Both the position numbers and the translations under genes were made by a program. From an uncultured Gemmatimonadales bacterium (GTDB taxonomy: Bacteria; Gemmatimonadota; Gemmatimonadetes; Gemmatimonadales; GWC2-71-9), in NCBI GenBank assembly GCA_963828735.1, contig CAWHFW010000003.1:128001-192000 (forward strand): a DNA stretch of 64,000 nucleotides. The letters are read 5' to 3'. A model generated the notes under the pieces. It ran no database searches and was not told the origin of the DNA. It was given only the letters and a program-made list of their open reading frames with translations. Below are positions 46,866 to 56,333 of the stretch, one piece after another. Positions within the stretch are counted from its first letter, which is position 1, and each line of letters starts with the position of its first letter.

Positions 46866-48518
46866 CTACACGGGCCGCTGGATGTGGGCGTGGACGAAGC
46901 TCACCGACTGGGACCCCTCGCCGACCGCCGACGCCACGCGCTTCACCGAGCCGCTCCGCACGTCGCCCGCCGCGAACACGCCCGGCAGGCTGGTCTCCAG
47001 CAGAAACGGCTCGCGGCCCGCCAGCCGCCACCGTTCGGCGTGGCGGGTTGTCGGCGGCAGCGACGGCCCCGTGAGGACGAAGCCGCTGCGGTCGAGCTCC
47101 ACGCAGCCTCGGAGCCAAGCGGTGTTGGCGTCGGCGCCAATGAAGAGGAACAGCGAACTGGTCCGGATCGCCATCTCCTTCCCCGCCCCGTCGCGCGCGC
47201 GCACCTCGCTCAGGTGCCCGTCACCATCGAGCGCGGTGATCCTGGTGCCGAGATGAATGGTGACGTTCTCCGTGGCCTGGATGCGGTCGATGAGATAGCG
47301 CGACATGCTCGCGCCCAGGTCACTCGAGCGTACCAGCAGGTGCACCCGGCGGCAGGTGCGCGCAAGAAACACGACCGCCTGGCCGGCGGAATTGCCTCCA
47401 CCCACCACGATCGTATCCTCGCCGCGACACAGCCGCGCTTCCATCTCGGTGGCCGCGTAGTACATCCCGGCCCCGTCGAAATCGTCAAAACGGGCCACTT
47501 CCAGCTTCCGGTAGGCGACGCCGCTCGCGACCAGCACGCACCGGGTGTGAAGGCGCGTCCCGTCGACCAGGGTGACGATCCGGTCCCCGCCGTCGAGCCC
47601 GAGCGATCGGACGACGCACGGTACCGTGATACGCGCCCCGAAGCGCTGGGCCTGCACCATCGCATTCCGAGTCAGGTCCTTCCCCGAGATGCCGGTCGGG
47701 AAGCCGAGGTAGTTCTCGATCCTGGCACTGGTGCCCGCCTGACCGCCCGCCGCGAGCGCGTCCGCGGTGAGGACGTCGAGGCCCTCGGAGGCGGCATAGA
47801 CCGAGGCGGCGAGGCCGGCCGGCCCTGCGCCGACGACCACGAGATCGTAGACCCGGCCGGCCTCCATGGTGGCGGTCAAGCCCGCGCAGCTCGCGAACTC
47901 GGCGATCGTCGGGTTCTTCTTGACCTTGCCCGTCCGGCCGATCACCACCGGCGTCTCGGCCGGGGAGACGTTGAACTTGCGGAGCAAACCGTCGGCCTCG
48001 GTGTCGGACTCGAGATCGATGAAGCGATACGGGACGAGGTTGCGGGTGGCGAAGTCGCGCAGCGCGTGCGCGGCCGGCGAGAAGCGCGAGCCGATGATCT
48101 TCACGCCCTCGTAGCCCGAGCTCAAGAGCAGATCGCGGCGGGTCATGAACGCCTTGATGATCTCCTCGCCCAGGTCGGGCAGCTCGTCCACCGCGCGGAG
48201 GAGTTCGGGGCCGTCGAGCTCCAGCACTCGTCCCGCACTCTTCATGCTGGCGGTCACGAGTGCTGCACGTCCGGAGAGGAGACTCACCTCGCCGGTGAAC
48301 TGGCCGGGGGTCACGGTGGTGATGAAGCGGGCGTCGTCGCCTACACCGTCCACCACCTCGACCTCGCCCGCGAGCACGACGAAGAAGCCGACTACCGTGT
48401 CGCCGGCACTGTAGAGGATTTCGCCGGCGTCGACGGCGCGCTCGCGCCCCCGGGCGCGAAGGGCGGCGAGGTCATGATCGGAAAGAGTCGGGAAAGCGAT
48501 CTCGAGGTCGGTTGGCAT
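46866..48518 (-). CDS. cNMP-binding domain plus thioredoxin reductase-like FAD oxidoreductase
   Basis: FP.L, GQFTGE cNMP motif; GAGPAGLAA, IENYLGFP, GGGNSAGQA, PGVFAAGDVR. Confidence 0.92.
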   Translation of the reverse strand: MPTDLEIAFPTLSDHDLAALRARGRERAVDAGEILYSAGDTVVGFFVVLAGEVEVVDGVGDDARFITTVTPGQFTGEVSLLSGRAALVTASMKSAGRVLELDGPELLRAVDELPDLGEEIIKAFMTRRDLLLSSGYEGVKIIGSRFSPAAHALRDFATRNLVPYRFIDLESDTEADGLLRKFNVSPAETPVVIGRTGKVKKNPTIAEFASCAGLTATMEAGRVYDLVVVGAGPAGLAASVYAASEGLDVLTADALAAGGQAGTSARIENYLGFPTGISGKDLTRNAMVQAQRFGARITVPCVVRSLGLDGGDRIVTLVDGTRLHTRCVLVASGVAYRKLEVARFDDFDGAGMYYAATEMEARLCRGEDTIVVGGGNSAGQAVVFLARTCRRVHLLVRSSDLGASMSRYLIDRIQATENVTIHLGTRITALDGDGHLSEVRARDGAGKEMAIRTSSLFLFIGADANTAWLRGCVELDRSGFVLTGPSLPPTTRHAERWRLAGREPFLLETSLPGVFAAGDVRSGSVKRVASAVGEGSQSVSFVHAHIQRPV

Positions 48519-48780
48519 ACTGCGTTCCGGGGTTCGCGGTGATCGCGCGGTCGGGCCTGGCTATGCTGGAATCTATCGGGATCTCGGGGAGGTTCGGGCA
48601 CTGCTGGCGGGGGGTACGCAGAGAAGCCTGGCCTTCATCGCGAGTCAGGCGCGCCGGACCGACGACGAGCAACGCGAGGCTCGTGCTCCACCCGATCGGG
48701 GGCACGGTGCGTCGTTCCAGTATGGGGAATTGTTCCTGCGGGAGCTGCCGGCCTTGCTCGACGACTAGCGTGCGCCGGGG

Positions 48781-49041
48781 CTACTCCGTCCGCACGGCGG
48801 TTCGTCGGTCGAGCCCCTGCGAGCGGAGCCAAGTGACGAACGCGGTCTCCAGCTCCTCGGCGGTCTGACCCGCTACCTGCGGCATCACGGGCCAGCGCTT
48901 CGCGGGCCCCATCAAATACCACATGGCCGGCACGGCGGCCAGGCCGCGCCGCTCGTTGGCCGGCTCGTGGTCGTAGGAAACGAAGTGGAAGGTGCGCCCG
49001 CCGTAGCGGACGTGGCACTGCTCGACCTTATAACTGCTCAC
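48781..49041 (-). CDS. Small hypothetical protein
   Basis: 86-aa ORF with protein-like composition (RTFHFVSY, WYLM, KRWPV). Confidence 0.65.
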   Translation of the reverse strand: MSSYKVEQCHVRYGGRTFHFVSYDHEPANERRGLAAVPAMWYLMGPAKRWPVMPQVAGQTAEELETAFVTWLRSQGLDRRTAVRTE

Positions 49042-49210
49042 GGGAACACTCGGTTCAGGGCCTGGGCGTTGTAGGACACGGTGGCAAGCGAGCGCGTGAG
49101 CGAACCACCGGCGCGGCTATCGCCGCGGCCGGAAATCTACACCGGTTCGGTCCGAAACGGCCGCCGATCCGGACTCGGGACGCTACTGCCCGACGGGGCT
49201 CCGGGGGGCG

Positions 49211-49238
49211 GGCGGAGTGCCGGCGAAGGCACTCCGCC
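49211..49238 (-). terminator. Hairpin downstream of dehydrogenase
   Basis: GGCGGAGTGCC-ggcgaa-GGCACTCCGCC 11-bp stem. Confidence 0.55.
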
Positions 49239-49249
49239 GCAAGCCCGCC

Positions 49250-50473
49250 CTAGCTTTGCACCCCTACCGGCCGGGAGGAGCGTCGGCGCGACCGGTGTGC
49301 CGCCGTCTCGCCGTCGGCCCGCCTGCGTTGTCCGGCAGTCCGTGCCGGATGCAGCACCACCTTCGTCCACCCTTCGTCGCGGGCATCGAAGTGCTTGTAC
49401 GCCTCTGGCGCGTCGTCCAGCGCCAGCTCATGCGAGACGATGAACGATGGCGTGGCGCTCCCGGTCCGGATCAGCTCGCGGAGCCGCCGATTGTACCGCT
49501 TGACGTCGCACTGCCCCGTTCCGATCGTGAGCCCCTTCTCGAAGAAGGTGGCCACGTCGAAGGCCACCTCTCCTTCCTTCATCAGCTTGTCGGGGCTCTT
49601 CGGATCCTGCGTGAAGACGCCCACGACGCCGAGCCCGCCCGTGGCGCGCACCGACTTGACCAGATTGTTCAGCGTCACGTTGGGATGCTCGTGTCCCTGC
49701 GGGTCGTGCGCCTGCCACCCCACGCACTCGCACCCCCGGTCGACGCCGCGGCCGCCAGTAAGCTCCATCAACTGCTCCACCGGGTCACCCTTGGAGTCAT
49801 CGATGGGGACCACGCCGACGCTCTCGGCCAACCGAAGCCGGTCGGGGTGGCGGTCCACGATGAAGATGTTGCCCGCCCCGCGGATCACCGAGGAGTAGGC
49901 GGCCATCAGCCCGACCGGCCCACAGCCGTAGATCACCACCGAATCGCCCGGCTGGACGCCGGCCAGCTCGGTGGCGTGATAGCCGGTCGGCCAGATGTCG
50001 GCCAGCATGACGTAGTCGGTCTGCTTCTCCTCGCCATCCTCGGGAAGTCGCAGGCAGTTCACGTCACCGTACGGCACCTTCAGGTATTCGGCCTGACCGC
50101 CCGGGTACGGGCCCATTTTGGAATAGCCATAGGCCGCGCCGGCGTTCGGCGGGTTCATCGAGAGGCAGAACCCGGTGTAGCCTCGCTCGCAGTTGCGGCA
50201 GAAGCCGCAGCTGATGTTGAAGGGAAGGCAGACCCAGTCGCCCTTCTTGATGCGCCGGACGGCGCTCCCAACCTCGACCACCTGGCCGAGGTTCTCGTGG
50301 CCGATCACCTGCCCCGGCTCGAGATCGGTGCGACCCTCGTACATGTGGAGGTCTGATCCGCAGATATTGGTGCTGGTGATGCGCACCAGAACGTCGGTGG
50401 GCCATTCGATCTTGGCGTCGGGGACGTCTTCCACGCGAACGTCGCGGGGTCCCCTGTAGACCAGTGCTTTCAT
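49250..50473 (-). CDS. Glutathione-independent formaldehyde dehydrogenase (Zn-dependent MDR)
   Basis: ICGSDLHMY, GHE, CGFCRNC...C, GGQAEY, D..PTG, G.GPVG. Confidence 0.92.
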   Translation of the reverse strand: MKALVYRGPRDVRVEDVPDAKIEWPTDVLVRITSTNICGSDLHMYEGRTDLEPGQVIGHENLGQVVEVGSAVRRIKKGDWVCLPFNISCGFCRNCERGYTGFCLSMNPPNAGAAYGYSKMGPYPGGQAEYLKVPYGDVNCLRLPEDGEEKQTDYVMLADIWPTGYHATELAGVQPGDSVVIYGCGPVGLMAAYSSVIRGAGNIFIVDRHPDRLRLAESVGVVPIDDSKGDPVEQLMELTGGRGVDRGCECVGWQAHDPQGHEHPNVTLNNLVKSVRATGGLGVVGVFTQDPKSPDKLMKEGEVAFDVATFFEKGLTIGTGQCDVKRYNRRLRELIRTGSATPSFIVSHELALDDAPEAYKHFDARDEGWTKVVLHPARTAGQRRRADGETAAHRSRRRSSRPVGVQS

Positions 50474-50517
50474 TGCATCAGTTCCTTGCGGAGTTGCTGG
50501 ATCGATGTGACTGCCCG

Positions 50518-51033
50518 CTATCGTTCGGTCTCTCCCGCAGCCAGCGCGGCCTCGTTGATGCCGCCGTCGGCCAGTTCGGTGAGCGTGTCGTCCGCTGCTT
50601 CCTCCTCCTGCAGGGTCTGTTCGAGAAGTCGAACAATGTCATTGTGTCCCAGGAGTTCCGCGTAGCTCCGCAGGCAGCCGTAGGCCGCCATCTCGTAGTG
50701 CTCGACCCGCTGCGCCGCCGAGATGAGCGCCGCGTCCAGCACGCTCTCGTCGCCGTCGCCCTTCTCTTCTAGGATCTCCTTGCCTTCCTCCAGAAGCCCT
50801 TCCATTCCCTTGCATTTCTTACCCCGGGCCGGCAGGTCCAGCGACTGGAAGATTTGCTCCAGCCGGGCCACGTGCCCCTTGCTTTCTTCCAAGTGATTGG
50901 TGAAGGCCTGGGCCAAGTCGGGCGAACTGGCGGCCTTGGCCATCTTGGGAAGCGCGGTGACGATCTGCTTCTCGGCATTGTAGATGTCTTTTAACTCTTC
51001 GATGAATAGGCTGTTCAGGCTATCGAGCGGCAT
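50518..51033 (-). CDS. yciF: YciF/DUF892 ferritin-like stress protein
   Basis: EELKD.Y.AEKQ, H.EES..H..RL, C.GM.GL..EG, AAQRVEHYE.A.YG, TL.EE..AD. Confidence 0.93.
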   Translation of the reverse strand: MPLDSLNSLFIEELKDIYNAEKQIVTALPKMAKAASSPDLAQAFTNHLEESKGHVARLEQIFQSLDLPARGKKCKGMEGLLEEGKEILEEKGDGDESVLDAALISAAQRVEHYEMAAYGCLRSYAELLGHNDIVRLLEQTLQEEEAADDTLTELADGGINEAALAAGETER

Positions 51034-51226
51034 GGCACACTCCGACGATCACGAGAAAGAAGGACCTGTTTCCGATCACACCGGGAGTATCGGCAGGTGG
51101 GTGAGGCGCTGCTGTGATCTTGATCCCATGTCGAGGGCAGGAAAGGGAGCAGTATCGCCCCCCTTTCGTCGCCAAGTTATCAGGCCGTAGGCATTCCAGG
51201 CATATCAACCTGCCAATTTCAGCAGC

Positions 51227-52588
51227 CTATTCGTAGGGTCGATCCTTCTGCGTGAGCACCCAATGCGACACCTCGGGGTACTTCTGAGCGGTCGGCTTGG
51301 GGAACTTCCGCACCATATCGCGCGCGGCCTCCTCGAAGGTGCCCTCCAGCGGGGTCGCCGGGGGCCGATTCTCTCCGAGCGGCATCGCCAGGTTGATCGA
51401 GAAGTCGGGGGCGATCGGCAGGTCCGCGCGCGGCGCCGACAGGTCCAGGACCGCCGACACGCTGCCGATGCCGCGCTGACGCCTGGTTTCGACCGCGGGC
51501 GAGTAGGGGATGCCCGGCGTGAACTTCTCGGCCAGCAGCTGGAGGACCGAGGTGTGATCGAGCAGGACGTGGGAGACGTGCCTGGGGCTCACCAGCGGCG
51601 ACACCACGTGCCCTGGCACCCGAACACCAAGGGACTCGAATGCCTTCGTGAACGTGGCGCTCGCAGGCGGCACGTAGGGAACGGCCGGGGGCGGGACGTG
51701 GTCCCAGAATCCGCCGTGCTCGTCGTACATGACGAGAAGCAGGGTGCGGGCCCAGCGGGACGGGTTGCGGGTGAGCGCATCATACACGTTGCGGAGGAAC
51801 AGCTCGCCCGGTCCCACCGGGGCGGGCGCATGGTCGTCGTTGGGGATGCCGCCGACGATCCGGGCCGCGTCGCCGTAGAGCGGCTCGACGATGATGACCT
51901 GGGGAAAGTCGCCCGGCTGCTCGGCGGCGACGTCGGGCGCGAGGCGATCGATGCCCCGGAAATTGGGCCCGAACGCCGCGGTCGAGCCGAGCAGCAGGAA
52001 GAAGGAGAGGCCCGAGGTGTAGACCCGCCAGCGCACGCCGTTCCGCTCGAGCCAGTCGATCACCAGAGGATCGTGCGGCGGGAGGAACCCGTTGCCGTCG
52101 ATGTAGCTCGTTCCGCTCCAGGCCATGAGCCGGTTGGGCTGCGTCCCGGCGGGCAGCGAGGCGAACCAGCGGTCGCACACGGCGAAGTTGTCCGCCAGAA
52201 AGCGCGACATCGGCACGTCCTCGGACCCGAAGAAGCCCAGGGGGTCGGGCTTGGTCGTGCGGTTGATGGGATAGGCGCCGAACCAGCTCCGGGCGAAGCC
52301 GTTCATGGCGTACGTGCCGGTGACCGCGCTCCGGTTGAGCTGGGTGGCGATGGCGCCGCGGTCGTGGGGCAGGTCGTTCGCGAGCTGATGATCGCGCATC
52401 TGGAACGGATAGTACGGCTCGCCCTGGTAGACGTTGACCCATGCGTCCCGCCTGAGCGGCGACGTGATCCCGTCCACATCCGAGCCGTTGGCATACCGAC
52501 CGTAGCTCAAGTGGCCGAGCATGTGGTCGAACGAGCGGTTCTCCAGCATGACGAGCACGATCGTGTCGATCAGGTCGAGGGCGCTCAT
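51227..52588 (-). CDS. Phosphoesterase / phospholipase C family protein
   Basis: VMLENRSFDHMLG, VCDRWFAS, T.PNR, DDH.P, YDEHGGFWDHV.P, G.RVP, DHTS. Confidence 0.92.
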   Translation of the reverse strand: MSALDLIDTIVLVMLENRSFDHMLGHLSYGRYANGSDVDGITSPLRRDAWVNVYQGEPYYPFQMRDHQLANDLPHDRGAIATQLNRSAVTGTYAMNGFARSWFGAYPINRTTKPDPLGFFGSEDVPMSRFLADNFAVCDRWFASLPAGTQPNRLMAWSGTSYIDGNGFLPPHDPLVIDWLERNGVRWRVYTSGLSFFLLLGSTAAFGPNFRGIDRLAPDVAAEQPGDFPQVIIVEPLYGDAARIVGGIPNDDHAPAPVGPGELFLRNVYDALTRNPSRWARTLLLVMYDEHGGFWDHVPPPAVPYVPPASATFTKAFESLGVRVPGHVVSPLVSPRHVSHVLLDHTSVLQLLAEKFTPGIPYSPAVETRRQRGIGSVSAVLDLSAPRADLPIAPDFSINLAMPLGENRPPATPLEGTFEEAARDMVRKFPKPTAQKYPEVSHWVLTQKDRPYE

Positions 52589-53196
52589 GACGGCCCTCCC
52601 GCCCCGCACGCGAGGCTGATCCGGAGGTAGAGGTGCGCAGGCGGCGCCTGCGCCGGGTCGCCGGGCGTCTCGCCGGGGAGCATTCCAGCGCGGAGCTCCC
52701 AGGCGCCGCTCACGGGAAGGCCCTGCCAGGTGATGTTGCCGTCAGGTTCCGGGCCCACCACGTCCGCCTTCCCCGCGTGCCTCACCACCAGCGCCCGCCC
52801 CGAATCGGCAAACACCTCGTCGAGCCGGAGCGCGTCGGGCCAGACGTCCGGGCTCAGCGTATCGGCGGCGACGAGCGAATCCTTGCCGAGCAGACTGGTG
52901 TCGAACGCCAGCGCCGGCGTAGCGCTGGGCGAAAGCGTCACCACATCCATCGGGCTGTACGCGCGCTTGCCGCCTTTCTCGGCGACGAGAACGTAGGAGG
53001 TCGTGTCCGCCGTGGCGGTGCCGTGGCGGACAGCGAGGAGATGCGGAGTGCCGCTGGTCTTGAAGGTCATGCGCACGGTGTCGCCGGCGCAGACGCGGCG
53101 GGGGGTGACGGCGAACTCGGAAATCTTGGGGCCGCAGGCGGCGAGCAGCAGGATGGCGGCGGGGCCGGCGCGGCGGGGATCGGCTATGCGGGGCAA
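52585..53196 (-). CDS. Hypothetical lipoprotein
   Basis: TTG start, lipobox LAAC; ATGA overlap with phosphoesterase gene. Confidence 0.65.
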   Translation of the reverse strand: MPRIADPRRAGPAAILLLAACGPKISEFAVTPRRVCAGDTVRMTFKTSGTPHLLAVRHGTATADTTSYVLVAEKGGKRAYSPMDVVTLSPSATPALAFDTSLLGKDSLVAADTLSPDVWPDALRLDEVFADSGRALVVRHAGKADVVGPEPDGNITWQGLPVSGAWELRAGMLPGETPGDPAQAPPAHLYLRISLACGAGGPS

Positions 53197-53306
53197 GGTG
53201 GCCTCTGAGATCGGTCGGAGAACTGAACAAGGACTGCTCTCCAACATGGCCGGGAATGCCCCGCGCGGTCGAGGGCGCCGGCGGATCTTGTCCGTCCCCG
53301 GTCGTT

Positions 53307-55973
53307 TTACAGCCCGAGCCAGTAGCTCAGCTTCACCGCCAGCAGGTTGTCCGCCGGTGTCGTCCGCAGGCTCGCCCAATCCCGCCCGAGGTCGAAGTTC
53401 CCCACCCCGTCCGCCTCGTTGCTCCGGCTCTGCTGCCACACGAGAAAGAGCGTGGCGCCGGGACGGTACTCCCAGCGGAGCACGAGGTTGGCCCGGAGCG
53501 AGCGGAAGTTGAAGCTCTGGTCGGCCACCGTGAAGGGAGCGGCGGCGCCCGCTCCGTCTGGATCCACCGTGAACCCCCCGCTTCCGTCGGCGGCGATCGT
53601 CCCCTGATCGCGGCCGTACACGGCGAAGTCGTACGTCTTCGGCGCGCGGAGCTCCTTGTAGTCCGTGAACTCGTTCGCCGAGAGGAGCGGCTGGGCGTAG
53701 AACTGGAGGCTCAGGGTCGGCGTGAACGTCCAGCTGACCCGCGTCTCGAACCCCACCTCCGTCTGCTCGAGCTGGGCGAAGACGTAGCGGCTCCCGTAGG
53801 TCGCCGTCGCCAGCGGGTCCGCCTGGGTCTGCACGTACTGCGCGATCTGGTGATCGAACCTCACCGTGGGCGTGAGCGCGATCTGCAGGTTGGAGCCGGG
53901 ATTGAGCGTGAGCGACGGGGTGAGCGTCAGCCGGTGGGTCCCCGCCGTGGTCCAGAAGTAGTTGGTGCCGAGTCCGAACCGGTGGCGCCGCCGCGAGTCC
54001 GAGTCGATCTGGAGCGTCAGCTCACGTGCGGACGGCGCGAGCGTGAGCGGGCCGCCGCGCGTGAGATGGTCGTCGCTCGTGGTCGGGTAGAAGTCCGAGA
54101 TGAGCCTGGCCTCCCAGAAGTTCTTGAACCGGACCTCCTGGTTGAGCCCGATGTCGAAGGTGATGCGGTTCCAGTCGTAGTCCCACTCCTGGGTGGTGAA
54201 CACGTCCATCCGCCAATTCCGGAACAGACTGCCCGGCCGGTACTCGGCGTAGCCGATGTCGGTCGCCACGGCCCGCCGGTTGGTGAAGACCTCGGCGCCC
54301 ACGTCGTTGACCTCGTAGCCGGGGCTCTTGTCCTGCACGGTGACGCTGCCGAGCCAGCTGCCCGCGAGCTTGCTCAGGGAGACGACCCCGTTGTACCCCG
54401 CGAGCGAGGTGCGGGTCGTGTCCAGCGAGAAGTGCTCGGCGTCGGGCCGCTGGTAGTAGCGGGCCGGCGTGCGCTGGGTGGCGGTGATCGCGGCCGGGTC
54501 GCCCTGGACCACGCTCCCGGTCAAGAAGGCGTCGAGCGCCCAGCGCTGGCCGGCCCAGTAATGGTTGAGATCCACCCCACCGAGGTACGCCGACGAGCGG
54601 AGCATCGCGGCGAGGTCGGGGTCGTCGAGCCGGCGATCCACCGCGGTGACCAGGCCGCCGACCGCCGCGTTGCCGTCGGCCGACTCGTGACGGACCCGCC
54701 CCACGAAGTAATTGGAGAGCGGCTCGAGCGGCACCGTGTACTCCGCGCCGAGAGTGTCGACGTATCGGCCGCTCTCCTCGCGGGTCACGGCGTCGAGGAG
54801 CGCGACCGACCAGCCGGCGGCCGTCTTGCCGGTCAGCTTCACGGCGGCCGGGATGCGGCTCACGGGAGGCGCCTGGCTGTAGGCCAGGCTGTCGCCATCG
54901 AGACTTCGCTGGGGCGTCCGGCCGATGCGCCGCGAATTGAAGACCTGGGGAAAGCCGGCCACGTTCCAGGCGTTGACCTGGGCGAACGAGAACAGGCTAG
55001 CGCCCTCGAGGAAGAACGGCCGCTTCTCGTCGAAGAAGGTCTCGAACGCCGACAGATTCACGATCGCGGGGTCCACCTCCACCTGGCCGAAATCGGGATT
55101 GATGGTGGCGTCGAGCGACAGGTTCCCGCCCACGCCGAGCCTGAGATCGGCGCCACCGGTGGTGAAGTAGTCGCTGCCGTCGTGGAAGGGGTCACCGCTG
55201 CCGGGATGGGTGTACTCCCCCCGTCCCGTCACGTACGGTAAGGCCTCGAGGTGACGGGTGGCCGGCAGGTCCGCGAGCCCGGTGAGCCGGCCGAAGCGAC
55301 TCACGCTCACGTGCTCGGTCTTGGGCACGTAGGCGAAGACGTCCTCCTCGCCCCGGCGCTGGATAAAGCGGATGAACTGCACCCCCCACGTATCGTTGGC
55401 CCGGTTGAAGCGCACCTGCGACAGGGGAATGCGGAGCTCGGCCGACCAGCCCGAGCCATCGAGGTGGACCGCCCCTTCCCAGACCGGGTCGGGCGAATAG
55501 TCCACCTCGCCGTCCGACTGGAGGATCCCGTCCCGGCGGACGCCGCGCGGGTTCACCTCGAAGACGAACGCGGTGCGCCGATCGTACCGGGCGTCCAGCT
55601 CGACGGTGAACCGGTCACTCTCGCTGGTGGCGTCGCGGCGGGTGAGCAGGGCGCGGACCTGTGAGGGGTCGTGATCGGAGAGACGGGCGCCGATGTAGAG
55701 GGCGTCGCCGCCGAGGAGGACGCGGATCTCGGTCTGCTCGGTAGGAAGCGCGCCCTCGTCCGGGTCGCGCTGAGTCAGGCCGGTCGTGGGCACCGCCTCG
55801 GCCCAAGCAGGCTCGTCGAGGATACCATCGAGGTGAATGTCACCGTCGAGCCGCGCGGCGACGATCGAGGGCGCCGGCAGCGCGGAGGCCGTGTCCGGCG
55901 CCTGAGCGGCCAACCGGATCGACGGGCACAGCGCGACGAGCGCGCATGCCGTCAGGCCGGAGATGCGGCTCAC
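53307..55973 (-). CDS. CBM9-like plus DUF5916 outer-membrane protein
   Basis: LDG.LDE.AW, W.AE.RIP, INPDFGQVE.D, EKRPFF.EG, SRRIG, N.VLRWEY.PG, K.SYW; start may be 55973 or 55994. Confidence 0.88.
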   Translation of the reverse strand: MSRISGLTACALVALCPSIRLAAQAPDTASALPAPSIVAARLDGDIHLDGILDEPAWAEAVPTTGLTQRDPDEGALPTEQTEIRVLLGGDALYIGARLSDHDPSQVRALLTRRDATSESDRFTVELDARYDRRTAFVFEVNPRGVRRDGILQSDGEVDYSPDPVWEGAVHLDGSGWSAELRIPLSQVRFNRANDTWGVQFIRFIQRRGEEDVFAYVPKTEHVSVSRFGRLTGLADLPATRHLEALPYVTGRGEYTHPGSGDPFHDGSDYFTTGGADLRLGVGGNLSLDATINPDFGQVEVDPAIVNLSAFETFFDEKRPFFLEGASLFSFAQVNAWNVAGFPQVFNSRRIGRTPQRSLDGDSLAYSQAPPVSRIPAAVKLTGKTAAGWSVALLDAVTREESGRYVDTLGAEYTVPLEPLSNYFVGRVRHESADGNAAVGGLVTAVDRRLDDPDLAAMLRSSAYLGGVDLNHYWAGQRWALDAFLTGSVVQGDPAAITATQRTPARYYQRPDAEHFSLDTTRTSLAGYNGVVSLSKLAGSWLGSVTVQDKSPGYEVNDVGAEVFTNRRAVATDIGYAEYRPGSLFRNWRMDVFTTQEWDYDWNRITFDIGLNQEVRFKNFWEARLISDFYPTTSDDHLTRGGPLTLAPSARELTLQIDSDSRRRHRFGLGTNYFWTTAGTHRLTLTPSLTLNPGSNLQIALTPTVRFDHQIAQYVQTQADPLATATYGSRYVFAQLEQTEVGFETRVSWTFTPTLSLQFYAQPLLSANEFTDYKELRAPKTYDFAVYGRDQGTIAADGSGGFTVDPDGAGAAAPFTVADQSFNFRSLRANLVLRWEYRPGATLFLVWQQSRSNEADGVGNFDLGRDWASLRTTPADNLLAVKLSYWLGL

Positions 55974-56036
55974 CGTGAAGGCCCTCTCGGACACGCGTCG
56001 GAGATGCCGGGATCCTCTTGGGGGGTCGGTAATCCC

Positions 56037-56062
56037 TACGGGCCCTGCCCGGTCGGGTTCCA
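56037..56062 (-). promoter_or_regulatory. ECF-type promoter TGGAAC-N16-CGTA(G)
   Basis: Minus strand TGGAAC ccgaccgggcagggcc CGTAG, upstream of DUF5916 gene. Confidence 0.6.
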
Positions 56063-56333
56063 TCGGCGACGGGCCCCGAAGGGCCGACGCACACGCGTGA
56101 TACGATCGGCGTGCCAGGAGACCCAGGGCAGGCACACTACACGTTCGGCAAGGTACCCCTCGCCGTTCCTCTCGCCTACGTTCACTTGAGGATCGCCGCG
56201 CCCCGGGGCGGACCGACTGTGAGCCCCGGCGCCGCCAGGCGATCCGACAGGTCCGGAATGTAGCCAGACGTACCCCGTCCCCAACGCCACCACAGGACGG
56301 CCCGATGTGCCCCGGCGTGAAGATACGCGAATC

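Noticed and set aside
51199..51216. Sigma54-like TTGGCAGGTTGATATGC upstream of yciF (also TTGGCGCAAGATTGTGC at about 13693)
   Set aside because: GG-to-GC spacing is 11 nt rather than the required 10
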